From Octopus bimaculoides (taxonomy: Eukaryota): a DNA stretch of 53,063 bases. Below, piece after piece: positions 10,477 to 20,382 of the stretch. The notes below the pieces were generated by a model, which did not search any database, was not told the DNA's origin, and was given only the letters and a program-made list of their open reading frames with translations. Both the position numbers and the translations under genes were made by a program. The first letter of the stretch is position 1. Every line of letters begins with the position of its first letter. Where the stretch lies: NCBI RefSeq assembly GCF_001194135.2, contig NC_069006.1, positions 7,584,834 through 7,637,896 on the forward strand, given 5' to 3'.

Positions 10477-12570
10477 ATGAAAAGACTGCGTTCTAAAGCT
10501 AACCCAGCAGACGACCCAGACTACGTGACCAAAGCCTATTTTCCAGGAGTGTCTAACGTCCTGGAGATCAAAGCGGATAACCGCAAGAAAGAACGTCAGA
10601 CAGTAAAATCGAGTCCCTACTATGTTAAGAAGTGCAAGACAAACCCTGGGCGGGGTGGTTGTACTCAAAGCTCTTACAAAGATTTGAAGTTAGGTAAAAA
10701 ATATCAAAGAGAAAGCCAGAAAAATCTTGACGCTCAGCTGAAAAGTTTCCAACGACCTGAAACCAATTTAATGAAAAATGACGCCGAAGTTGATAAAGGC
10801 AAGTTGTGTGGTGATAATGAAAATCTTGGTGGGACGATAGAAAGCTCATTTGATAAACAGCCGATCGATCTGTGCCAGGCTGAAATGGATGTTAGGCAAA
10901 ATTCGAAACGTATCAGGTTATTGGTTGAAGAAGAAACTAGCAATAATTGCAATAAAAACAACTCAGAAGTGCCATTGATTCGTATTAAACAGGAAGAAGT
11001 GAGCAACGAAGAGTTGATTCGGAACGAGGTGTTTGACATTGTTAACTATCAAGAGAAATATAATATATGTTCAACGTTAAAATTTGAACTTCCGGAATTA
11101 AATTCCAACAATTTGAAACCAGCAACATCTCCGCCGCCGCCTGATATGTCGTGCGATTACATCTCAAACGCTAGCGATAAGAACTTCTTCAATTCCGGCA
11201 ATATTCCAAATTGTCTACCACATTCAGAACAAGAGGAATCTAAATTTTTTGACGTTCAACCCAATTTGACGATAATTCCAGAAGAAGATAAGTTAAAAGA
11301 TAACATTTACGAGGTTGAAATTGAACAAAATGAATTAGAAAGCAAAACAGCATCACAATATGGCCACAAAGATTCTTGCCTTCGGTTGTTGCTTTCAGGA
11401 GAGAATGAAGAGAGCCAACATAACACAATGATGAATTCCTGCACCAATCCATCCAATCCTTCGCCGGGATTGGCACCAATGCTTTCCGTCTCATCTCTTC
11501 CCACTCAACAGAATTTCAACTACGTACCCGTCACGCAAAATTTTCCTGCTGGTCAAGATTTCTCGAATTTGAATCTTACCAAAACCAATCAAGAAATGCC
11601 GTGGATTCCTCTTGGACTTCCCACTCAATCACCATCATCCGTCAGTCCAGACTGGAGCACTCATTACCTGTGTCCAACTTCTCAGCTCTCATACAACACG
11701 CCCTTACCTTCTTATCCGCATCCTTTCCCCTTAGGAAATCCTCCTGGAAGGTGTTGGAATCAAAACGTACCACCAACCTATAAGCAAAGCATCCAATCTC
11801 CAAACAATTCCTTCTCCGACCTCAATGTCATGTCAGGGCCCTTCGTGAAAACTCCTCAAAACTGTTACCTTCTGCATTCCATGTTGCACCCTTCCACATC
11901 CTATTCTTTTCTACCCAATCAAAAGCCATTTGCAACTAATTTAAATATTCAAGATTTACCCTCTAAGTCGAAATCCTATCAGAATGTCAATGATTTGCCT
12001 GTCAGTATGCCATGCGCAGGGCCACCCACTTCCAAAAAACTACCGTTTACGGAAAACGAAATGCAAGAGGATTGCCTTTTAAAAGAAAATTCCAAGTCGC
12101 AAGACAATTTTTGCATCACCATTTTAGCAGCAGATGTAAAACTCATCGACCACCACAGAACCAAAGATTACTTTCCCGTCTTCCAAAACCATCAAATCCC
12201 AAAGACTGTATCGGGTTCACCGAAAGTTGAATTTATTCTGAGCAAGTATATAGATTTTTTGCTGCTGGAAAACGAAGGCATCACCGAAATATCGAAAGCA
12301 TTCACACCAGCGACGCGACTGTTCTCCGACGAGGACGAATACGTACTGGATGTGGCTGACAAAAGAATTAATTTCCCTTCCATCAAATTCGTAGAATTTA
12401 TGCAAAGACATTTTCCCGACATCAACATGCAGTCGATTAATTTCTTGATTGGTCCGTTTCACTTCTCATCAGCTCAGAATCTGGATACCAATGAAAAAAT
12501 CATGCAAGATTGCTTCTTCCACTTCCAACAGCTCAGAACCAGAATGAGAGAAAACCTAGCCACGTATTGA
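10477..12570 (+). CDS. Intronless 697-aa protein of unknown family: basic N-terminus, Ser/Pro/Gln/Asn-rich middle, predicted globular C-terminal ~150 aa; probably nuclear
   Basis: 2094-nt uninterrupted ORF free of microsatellites in a repeat-rich window; AAAATG start context with an in-frame TGA at -6; a TTTCAG at 10462-10467 could be the acceptor of a 5'UTR intron; KRLRSK/RKKER basic patches; IKQE SUMO consensus. Confidence 0.8.
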   Translation: MKRLRSKANPADDPDYVTKAYFPGVSNVLEIKADNRKKERQTVKSSPYYVKKCKTNPGRGGCTQSSYKDLKLGKKYQRESQKNLDAQLKSFQRPETNLMKNDAEVDKGKLCGDNENLGGTIESSFDKQPIDLCQAEMDVRQNSKRIRLLVEEETSNNCNKNNSEVPLIRIKQEEVSNEELIRNEVFDIVNYQEKYNICSTLKFELPELNSNNLKPATSPPPPDMSCDYISNASDKNFFNSGNIPNCLPHSEQEESKFFDVQPNLTIIPEEDKLKDNIYEVEIEQNELESKTASQYGHKDSCLRLLLSGENEESQHNTMMNSCTNPSNPSPGLAPMLSVSSLPTQQNFNYVPVTQNFPAGQDFSNLNLTKTNQEMPWIPLGLPTQSPSSVSPDWSTHYLCPTSQLSYNTPLPSYPHPFPLGNPPGRCWNQNVPPTYKQSIQSPNNSFSDLNVMSGPFVKTPQNCYLLHSMLHPSTSYSFLPNQKPFATNLNIQDLPSKSKSYQNVNDLPVSMPCAGPPTSKKLPFTENEMQEDCLLKENSKSQDNFCITILAADVKLIDHHRTKDYFPVFQNHQIPKTVSGSPKVEFILSKYIDFLLLENEGITEISKAFTPATRLFSDEDEYVLDVADKRINFPSIKFVEFMQRHFPDINMQSINFLIGPFHFSSAQNLDTNEKIMQDCFFHFQQLRTRMRENLATY

Positions 12571-12639
12571 TCCATTAGTTATTGATTGATTGACTTAGAC
12601 TGGTTGTCATCTTCAAAAATCATTACAGCCATTTTGCTA

Positions 12640-12831
12640 TAATGATGATAACAATAATAATAATAACAATAATAATAAAAATAATGATAGTAATAAAAAT
12701 AATCATATTAATAATAGTAAAAAAAAATAATCATAATAATAGTAAAAAAAAAATAATGATGACAATTATTATTATCATTATTTCATTCGTCGATATTGTG
12801 GAAAAATAAAAGAACTACTACTACTACTACA

Positions 12832-12871
<40 letters not shown>
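12640..12871. repeat. (AAT)-rich low-complexity tract and (ACT)n microsatellite
   Basis: Direct inspection. Confidence 0.9.
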
Positions 12872-12872
<1 letters not shown>

Positions 12873-13253
12873 AAAGATTTTCTCTACTAAAATTTTCACT
12901 TTTTCCAGTCATCATCGTCATCATCGTCGTCGTCGTCATCGTCATTATCATCATCAATGCGCCAACGATCCTCCCNNNNNNNNNNNNNNNNNNNNNNNNN
13001 NNNNNNNNNNNNNNNNNNNNNNNNNNNNNNNNNNNNNNNNNNNNNNNNNNNNNNNNNNNNNNNNNNNNNNNNNNNNNNNNNNNNNNNNNNNNNNNNNNNN
13101 NNNNNNNNNNNNNNNNNNNNNNNNNNNNNNNNNNNNNNNNNNNNNNNNNNNNNNNNNNNNNNNNNNNNNNNNNNNNNNNNNNNNNNNNNNNNNNNNNNNN
13201 NNNNNNNNNNNNNNNNNNNNNNNNNNNNNNNNNNNNNNNNNNNNNNNNNNNNN

Positions 13254-13470
13254 TGTGTGTGTTTATTGAGCGAAAACATCAAAAGCTCCACGAGGCTCTG
13301 GCAGGGGGTGGTGGCGACCCCTGTTGTACTCTTTCGCCCCAACTTTCTCTCACTCTTTCTTCCTGTTTCTTGAGTAACGCTGTGATGGACTGGCGTCCCG
13401 TCCAGCTGGGGGGAACACATGCGCCATAGAAACCGGGCCCATGAGCCAGGCTAGGCTTTAAAAGGGCGAA
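13254..13470 (+). mobile_element. SINE family B variant (head lost in gap)
   Basis: TTTATTGAGCGAAAACA..AAGCTCCACGAGGCTC matches 39385-39430; the tail matches 26940-27040. Confidence 0.7.
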
Positions 13471-13494
13471 GATATATATATATATACATATATA

Positions 13495-13652
13495 TGATGG
13501 GCTTCTTTCAGTTTCCGTCTACCAAATCCACTCACAACGCTTCGGTCGGCCCAGTGCTATAGTAGAAGACATTTGCCCAAGGTGCCACACAGTGGGACTG
13601 AACCCGGAACCATGCGGTTCATAAGCAAGCTACTTACCACACAGCCACTCCT
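13495..13652 (-). mobile_element. SINE family A, 5' half
   Basis: Head AGGAGTGGCTGTGTGGTAAG (A-box) and GGGTTCAGTCCC (B-box) on the minus strand. Confidence 0.85.
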
Positions 13653-15022
13653 ATTATTTGTGTAATACCATTTTACACCAGACGTGTATACTGACATCAT
13701 AACAATTTAATAACCACCCAATGCTCGCTTTTGATAAGTACCCCCTCTAGTTCTTGTTCTTAACTCGCTCGCGATTCAAGTTGGTGTAGGTATTCCTGTA
13801 CCAGCAACGACGTCGTCTCTTTCCACTGATGAGGCCTGTCTTGACTTATCGTGTAAAAACCTGTTAATCCTCTTAGTTAATCCCCTTTCACTTTAATCGA
13901 GCACTCGGTCCCCAGTTGATAACTTAGGGCTGACTTTGAATAGGAGCAGAGGAGGATCTGCAGTGATTCAGTCAAGTTCACAACGGCACGTTTCCAACGG
14001 TTCGTCAATGACTGTTGGACAGTTAAAAACGTCTGAACAAGGACAAAAGGCCTTTTTTTTATCCAGCCCCTTCCATCTGCTAACTCAACTCAATCACAGC
14101 GTGCTTGTAGAAGGGCATGCCAGTTGCTCTGTAACATTAATGGACGTATGTTCCCAAGAATATTACTTCTTAGCCTCTTGGACACATGTGCACACATACA
14201 CACACACAGACATACACACACACACACTCCCTAGCACACAGTGTGTATCAGTCACTAGGTTTCATAATATACGTCTTTCACAAGAGTCAATATAAGGGTA
14301 TCTATGTTGTCTCTCAACCTGCAAGAAATAACAACCAGTTCTGCCTCAAATTTCACGCTGCTATCTTATAAATGGAAACACATCCTGGTTTATGTACTCC
14401 TAGGTGCAATTTATCTGAAATTAAGACATTATTGTCATAATTGAAACATTTTTAGTCATATCTCCTAATACTGGCTTCTCTTAGAGTTAAACAGCAACAT
14501 ATCTTAAAATAATGCTTTCTTTATTTACCATCAAGGGTTCACCAAAAATATTGGGGACGGTACAGGATAAAATAATGTGGGGTTACATAAACAGAAGTGT
14601 GTAAACAGTGAAAACGATAATATAAATTCTAACAACGAAAAATTCCCCCAAAGCGGGAGACTTCATAGGGCTGCTTGTGGAGACTCAACAGCACTGTGGT
14701 CGCTCTGACCACTGGGGTATGTTTCCTCTTCACATCATCTTCCTTCGAGCTACAGACATAATTGGAGTGGGGCCATTCACTCTTACCGCATTCATTCCAC
14801 CCTTTGATAAAATTGCCGAGCAATAACAAAAAAAGTAACAAAAAACTGCAGGAATTGTGGGATAGATATTTTATTAACAAAAAAAGAAGTGACAAATATT
14901 CCTCAAAAACTGTGTAACAATCTGAAATTCACAGCCATGAAAGAAGCAAAAGAGCCATATTCCAAGAATGGCATCCGGCAGCAGCCGAAGTATTTCGGTG
15001 TGTTGGCAGTCTCGGCAAAGAA

Positions 15023-15133
15023 TTAATGATTCAACTGTTGCAGGATGCTGGAAGGGAAACAATCGTAGCGTCTGTTCTTGCAAACACAGAGTTGATGCCA
15101 TGCATGGAAGATCTGTTGGTAGACAGAGGGTAA
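15023..15133 (-). CDS. SFI1-like gene, putative terminal exon (LPSVYQQIFHAWHQLCVCKNRRYDCFPSSILQQLNH*)
   Basis: Acceptor ATTTTGCAG|, phase 0 matching the previous exon; IFHAW motif; TAA stop; AATAAA on the minus strand at 14870-14875. Confidence 0.5.
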   Translation of the reverse strand, partial: LPSVYQQIFHAWHQLCVCKNRRYDCFPSSILQQLNH

Positions 15134-15149
15134 CTGCAAAATTTATAAA

Positions 15150-15202
<53 letters not shown>

Positions 15203-15293
15203 CACATAAATACCTGAGTACATACATGTATACACACACACAAATACAGGGAAACAATGTATATGGTGCACACACAAACATAATATATAAACA

Positions 15294-15450
15294 CAGCCTT
15301 GGTTGTGTGGTAAGAAGTTTGTTTCCCAACTAACATGATTCCGGGTTCAGTCCCACTGCATGGTACCTTAGGCAAATATCTTCTACTATAGCCCCGAGCC
15401 AACCAAAACCTGGTAAGTGGATTTGGTACACTGAAACTGAAAGAAGCCCT
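15294..15450 (+). mobile_element. SINE family A, 5' half
   Basis: GGTTGTGTGGTAAG...CCGGGTTCAGTCCCACTGC...GAAACTGAAAGAAGCCC. Confidence 0.8.
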
Positions 15451-15621
15451 CATATATATTTATTCACATCCAAAACTTTAATTAAAACGCTTTCTACAGC
15501 ATATATAACAATGACCAACATATGTTTCTACTGCAGCAACTGCACATTGCTCTATATGCAATTATGCAGCCTAGTTGCTGCAATTTCATCAATTATCCAC
15601 CAGGATAATTTATCCCTCATA

Positions 15622-15674
<53 letters not shown>

Positions 15675-15677
<3 letters not shown>

Positions 15678-15965
15678 ATCCGAACATGGCCGATGCCAGC
15701 GCTGCTTTGACTGGCTTCCATGCCAGTGACACCTAAAAAGCACCAACCAATCATGGTCTTTGCCAGCCCCCTCTGGCCCCTGTGCCAGTGGCACATAAAA
15801 AGCACCCACTACACTCTCAGAGTGGTTGGCCTTAGGAAGGGCATCCAACTGTAGAAACACTGCCAGATCAGACTGGAGCCTGGTGCAGCCTCCTCTACCC
15901 CAGTCGAACCGTCCAACCCATGCCAGCATGGAAAACAGACGTCAAACAATGATGATGATGATGAT
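15675..15965 (+). mobile_element. SINE-like family C with (GAT)n tail (RTE-type 3' end)
   Basis: AAAAGCACCCACTACACTCTC...CCGTCCAACCCATGCCAGCATGGAAA..GACGT.AAAC.ATGATGATG; homologs at 27.5, 29.7, 46.3 and 48.5 kb. Confidence 0.75.
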
Positions 15966-16059
15966 ATATATATGTATATGTATGTATGCATGATCATTGC
16001 TGATAAGTTGAGTTATAACTGACTCTACCAACATGAGATCGACATTGACTCATGAGGCC

Positions 16060-16450
16060 CGTGAAAGATTTCAGTGTTTGCCGTTAAAATTCACGTTTTG
16101 GGGCCTGATGCTTAGGCCTGTCAGATGGAAGATCATTATGCTTTTTGAAATGTTTGTGAGTTTCTGGCAGACTTTGCCACATACATCACAGGTAAGCAGG
16201 TCTGCAATAACGAATTGAACATAATCTGTTTTTAGGTTGTCTATGTGGTTCCAGAGATGGTTTTGAAGTCCTGCGTTTGGCAAACATATTTGGTCACACT
16301 CATAGCAAACAAACTGAGGACCAGCTAATTCGGCTTCCTCTCTTTACTGGCAGCTTTTTTGGTCTTTGTCCAGCTTAATAATTACTTAGCATATAATGAG
16401 CAATACCCTTCGTATATTTGTTTTCTCCACTTGTTTCTGTTGCCAGTTTT
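16060..16450 (-). mobile_element. RTE-clade LINE 3' end with C2H2-like fingers, degenerate
   Basis: Minus frames read NRNKWRKQIYEG...ERK, then CYECDQICLPNAGLQNHLWNH (C-x2-C-x12-H-x3-H) and a second CDVCGKVC...H. Confidence 0.6.
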
Positions 16451-16633
16451 TATTTCCTATTGCTATCTCATCTGGAGAAATAACAAACCAATAAAGTAAA
16501 CTATCTCTGCTGTTTCTCAACTGAATGAAAACAATTCACTCCCTGCGTATGTTGATTAAAACAGGTGCATAAAAGGGACAATGGTCAAAAGTTATGAACA
16601 TTACAACTAAGATGAGAACATTGGTCAAGAATT

Positions 16634-16819
16634 CAGTTCTATATTTAAGAGATGAGGAATTATGTACATTATTTACATTATTTACATTTGACGGATATTT
16701 GTCCTCATCTTGTTTGTTGTTAACACATTTCAGCTGATATACCCTCCGACCTTCATCAGGTGTCTTGGGGAAATTTCGAACCTGGGTTCTCATTCCTAAG
16801 GTATTCTTCAATGTTGTTG

Positions 16820-16872
<53 letters not shown>

Positions 16873-17061
16873 GTTCAGGTCACTGCTTGGAATCGAACTC
16901 GGAATCTTGAGGTTAGTAGCTCTTAACCACTACGCCATAAGCCTGTGGGCTTAACCACTATGCCATAGCCCACGGGCATATGGTGTAGTGGTTAAGAGCG
17001 CGGGCTACTAACCCCAAGATTCCGAGTTTGATTCCAAGCAGTGACCTGAACAATAATAATG

Positions 17062-17092
<31 letters not shown>

Positions 17093-17311
17093 CAACAACA
17101 TTGAAGAATACCTTAGGAATGAGAACCAAGGTTCGAAATTTTCCCAAGACACCTGATGAAGGCTGGAGGGTATATCAGCCAAAACGGTGTGTTATCAAGA
17201 AACAAGATGAGGACAAATATCCGTCAAATGTACATAATGTAAATAATGTACATAATTCCTCATCTCTTAAATATAGAACTTGGGTTCTCATTCCTAAGGT
17301 ATTTTTCAATG

Positions 17312-17359
<48 letters not shown>

Positions 17360-17504
17360 TCACTGCCTGGAATCGAACTTGGAATCTTGGGGTTAGTAGA
17401 CCACACTCTTAACCACTACACCATATGCCTTATGAAGTCTGGAGGATATATCAGCCAAAACATTGTGTTAACAACAAACAAATATCTGTCAAATGTAAAT
17501 AATG
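16634..17504. mobile_element. Palindromic tRNA-headed, hammerhead-tailed Penelope-associated element (locus 1; arms -,+,-,+)
   Basis: Inverted arms 16635-~16945 / ~16975-17280 (AGTTCTATATTTAAGAGATGAGG ... CCTCATCTCTTAAATATAGAACT), plus partial third and fourth arms; A-box TGGYGTAGTGG, B-box GAGTTYGATTCC; 12-bp direct repeat TGGTCAAGAATT at 16622-16633 and 17505-17516. Confidence 0.85.
17148..17193 (+). ncRNA. Minimal type-I hammerhead ribozyme motif (mutated copy)
   Basis: GACAC-CTGATGA-A-GGCTG-loop-CAGCC-(A)AAAC-GGT-GTGTT; G12 changed to A by CpG-type decay. Confidence 0.7.
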
Positions 17505-17624
17505 TGGTCAAGAATTGTTTGAAACAGTTACTCAAAAGTCACTCCAATGCATATATCTGGTTTTGAAAATAAGCTTTTCATTATGACGATTTCTCATCTT
17601 AGAAATTTAAACCAAAATTCTTAC

Positions 17625-17735
17625 TTGAATTTGACGCTGTTTTGTAAATTCTTTAACAATTTTCATTGAGCATATCTCTCTGAGGTAAGTATGGCGCCAA
17701 TTAACCCATATTCTTTTATAAATTTGCTTTTCATT
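17625..17735 (-). CDS. SFI1-like gene exon (NEKQIYKRIWVNWRHTYLREICSMKIVKEFTKQRQIQ)
   Basis: Acceptor TTTTATTTTCTCCAG|, donor CAA|GTAAGA, 111 nt, phase 0/0; the junction gives AIFW-NEKQIYKRIWVNW, fitting A-x7-hh-x3-W-x2-W. Confidence 0.85.
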
Positions 17736-17954
17736 CTGGAGAAAATAAAACAAAATAAATAATTATAATTAAAATTAAAGCACATGTAGCCCTGGTGGTA
17801 TTTATTGTAAGGAATAATGCCTTCTAGAAAAATCCTAAATCATGGCAGGGTGAGAAGTTAGAAGGAAGATGCAATGAAAATACATATTTAATATTCTTTT
17901 TCTACTCATTCCAAAAATCCTGAATATTTTGGGCCTGACTGTTTTGTACAAAAG

Positions 17955-18311
17955 ATATGGCATTTTAAAGCGAGAACGGTTCATGTTACTGAGGGTGCCC
18001 TAGGTATGAGAAAAGGATGTCAAAAACATCTAGATAAGATCCCAGAAGAACCACATCTCAGAGAAATCCAAAAGATTGTGCTGACAAATACTGCCCACAT
18101 CCTTAGAAAAACCCTACCCATTTAAATATCTGTGTAGTATTACATGAAGATAGTGTGCAACTGCCCCTGCCACTTCCCATCCCCAAGCTTTCAGTCAAAC
18201 TGTAACATTTCTTATCCTTCACTCGCTCTAGGATATTGGGTGTGTCTCAGCAAGTGGTTGTAACAAACATGCAAATTAAAAGTAAATAATAATGATAATT
18301 ATTATAATAAT
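17955..18311 (+). mobile_element. R4/Dong-clade LINE extreme 3' end with TAA tail
   Basis: IWHFKARTVHVTEGALGMRKGCQKHLDKIPEEPHLREIQKIVLTNTAHILRKTLPI*, then a 3'UTR ending in AATAATAATGATAAT. Confidence 0.85.
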
Positions 18312-18491
18312 ATTGACATGAGAGCAGAGCAAGACCAAACACTTCTCTGTTGGGGATAGCCAGGATTTTGAGATTGGTCCTTGGATGTTGAATGTCTCCC
18401 ATGGTAATTACCAACCAAGTATCAAAGCTTATAATGTGCGGAAAGAGACGACAGCCTGAAGCAAACAGCTTCTTATCCCCAGAAAGAGGCT

Positions 18492-18593
18492 ATCCACCTC
18501 ACAGAAGACAGTGTCAGAAATATGAATAAAAAGATATGTAATTGGAAAGCAGCAGAACCTGATGGTGTGCAGGGATTTGGGATAAAAAAAGTT
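18492..18593 (+). mobile_element. Non-LTR RT N-terminal fragment (R4-like)
   Basis: IHLTEDSVRNMNKKICNWKAAEPDGVQGFGIKK resembles the NWKAPGPDGxQGFWxK motif. Confidence 0.7.
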
Positions 18594-18599
18594 CAGTTG

Positions 18600-18738
18600 T
18601 TGACATAAATTATTTCATCGACCCTGAAAGGATGAAAGGCAAAATCGACCTCAGATGAATTTGAACTCAGAACATAGCAACTGGTGAAATACTGTTAAGC
18701 ATTTTGTCCCACTAACGATTATGCGAGTTGGCCGTCTT
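18600..18738 (-). mobile_element. SINE family F (tRNA-like head; GTCGA..TTGCCTTTCATCC..GGGTCGAT domain)
   Basis: Homologous to 34240-34362, 40915-41062, 41632-41832 and 30335-30920. Confidence 0.7.
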
Positions 18739-18846
18739 AATAATAATAATAACAACAACAAGAATAATAATAATAATAATAATAATAATAAGAAGAAGAA
18801 GAAGAAGAAGAAGAATGATAATAATAATGATAATAATAATAGTTAC

Positions 18847-18982
18847 CCAGAATATTGCTGTAGAAATCAAATCCACTCGGTATTTCCATCGTTGGCAATA
18901 TTTGTAACTGAGCCTGAACTGGCGTCTGGCTATATTCTGCGACACAAGGATTTCATTGTGCCAGACGTGGAATACTTGAAGA
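18847..18982 (-). CDS. SFI1-like gene exon (LQVFHVWHNEILVSQNIARRQFRLSYKYCQRWKYRVDLISTAIFW)
   Basis: Long pyrimidine tract followed by AG (alternative AG at 18975), donor TGG|GTAACT; F-x2-W and Y-x3-W motifs. Confidence 0.75.
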
Positions 18983-19104
18983 CTTGAAGTAGGGAAGAAG
19001 AAGATAAAAACCAAGGGTCAATATGAATAATCTTTTTTAATCTTTAAATTGTTTTAGCTTCAAAGTTGCGATCATGCTGGGGCACCACTGTTGATAATCA
19101 TTCC

Positions 19105-19177
19105 CTTGCAGGGGGGGAACATGAACCCATGACCCTCAGATTAAAAGTCTGATGCTCTACCGACTGAAGTTAATGTT
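19105..19177 (-). pseudogene. tRNA-Lys(TTT) pseudogene or SINE-head remnant
   Basis: 37 nt TCAGTCGGTAGAGCATCAGACTTTTAATCTGAGGGTC (19131-19167) match the metazoan tRNA-Lys-UUU D/anticodon arms as I recall them; the acceptor stem and T-arm are decayed. Confidence 0.75.
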
Positions 19178-19467
19178 CTTGCTCTCATTACTGTCGTAGC
19201 TAGAGCTGCAAGGGCTGCACCCTTGATATTTTTTTGAGGGCCTCAGAAATTATGAATGCATGTGGCCTAGTGGTTATAGTGTTGCACTGACGATTGCAAG
19301 GTTGTGGTTTCGATCCCCAGTGGCAGTCTTTCTGTCCAGCTTAAAGCGTATGTATTGTTAGAACACCAAATACTGTGCAATTTACCTAGAGAGAACCACT
19401 CATATGAACACCTGGTCACCATGCACTCAAATGTATAGCCACTCCTATACATATATGTATATATGTA

Positions 19468-19817
19468 TAGGAGTGGCTGTGTGATAAGTAGCTTGGCACC
19501 TTGGGCAAGTATTTTCTACTATAGCCTCGGGCCGACCAAAGCCTTGTGAGTAGATTTGGTAGACGGAAACTGAAAGAAGCCTGTCGTATATATGTATATG
19601 TATATATATGTGTGTTTGTGTGTCTGTGTCTGCCCACCCCCAACATCGCTTGACAATCGATGCTGGTGTGTTTACGTCCCTGTAACTTAGTGGTTCGGCA
19701 AAAGAGACCGATAGAATAAGTACTAGGCTTACAAAGAATAAGTCCTGGGGTCGATTTGCTCGACTAAAGGCAGTGCTCCAGCATGGCCACAGTCAAATGA
19801 CTGAAACAAGTAAAAGA
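19468..19817 (+). mobile_element. SINE family A, near full-length
   Basis: Head, internal (TA/TG)n, and tail GGCAGTGCTCCAGCATGGCCACAGTCAAATGACTGAAACAAGTAAAAGA. Confidence 0.9.
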
Positions 19818-20242
19818 TNNNNNNNNNNNNNNNNNNNNNNNNNNNNNNNNNNNNNNNNNNNNNNNNNNNNNNNNNNNNNNNNNNNNNNNNNNNNNNNNNN
19901 NNNNNNNNNNNNNNNNNNNNNNNNNNNNNNNNNNNNNNNNNNNNNNNNNNNNNNNNNNNNNNNNNNNNNNNNNNNNNNNNNNNNNNNNNNNNNNNNNNNN
20001 NNNNNNNNNNNNNNNNNNNNNNNNNNNNNNNNNNNNNNNNNNNNNNNNNNNNNNNNNNNNNNNNNNNNNNNNNNNNNNNNNNNNNNNNNNNNNNNNNNNN
20101 NNNNNNNNNNNNNNNNNNNNNNNNNNNNNNNNNNNNNNNNNNNNNNNNNNNNNNNNNNNNNNNNNNNNNNNNNNNNNNNNNNNNNNNNNNNNNNNNNNNN
20201 NNNNNNNNNNNNNNNNNNNNNNNNNNNNNNNNNNNNNNNNNN

Positions 20243-20327
<85 letters not shown>

Positions 20328-20382
20328 CATACACACACTACATACATACATACATACATACACATATATATATATATATAAC

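Noticed and set aside
13820-13860. CTGATGAGGCC and the CTGATGA at ~22900
   Set aside because: Isolated heptamers with no GAAA partner; expected by chance.
14780-14850. Candidate extra SFI1-like exon (GNFIKGWNEC|GTAAGA or ARQFYQR) and the acceptor at ~14027
   Set aside because: No acceptor gives a plausible phase-consistent, motif-conforming exon; kept only as a caveat on where the gene ends.
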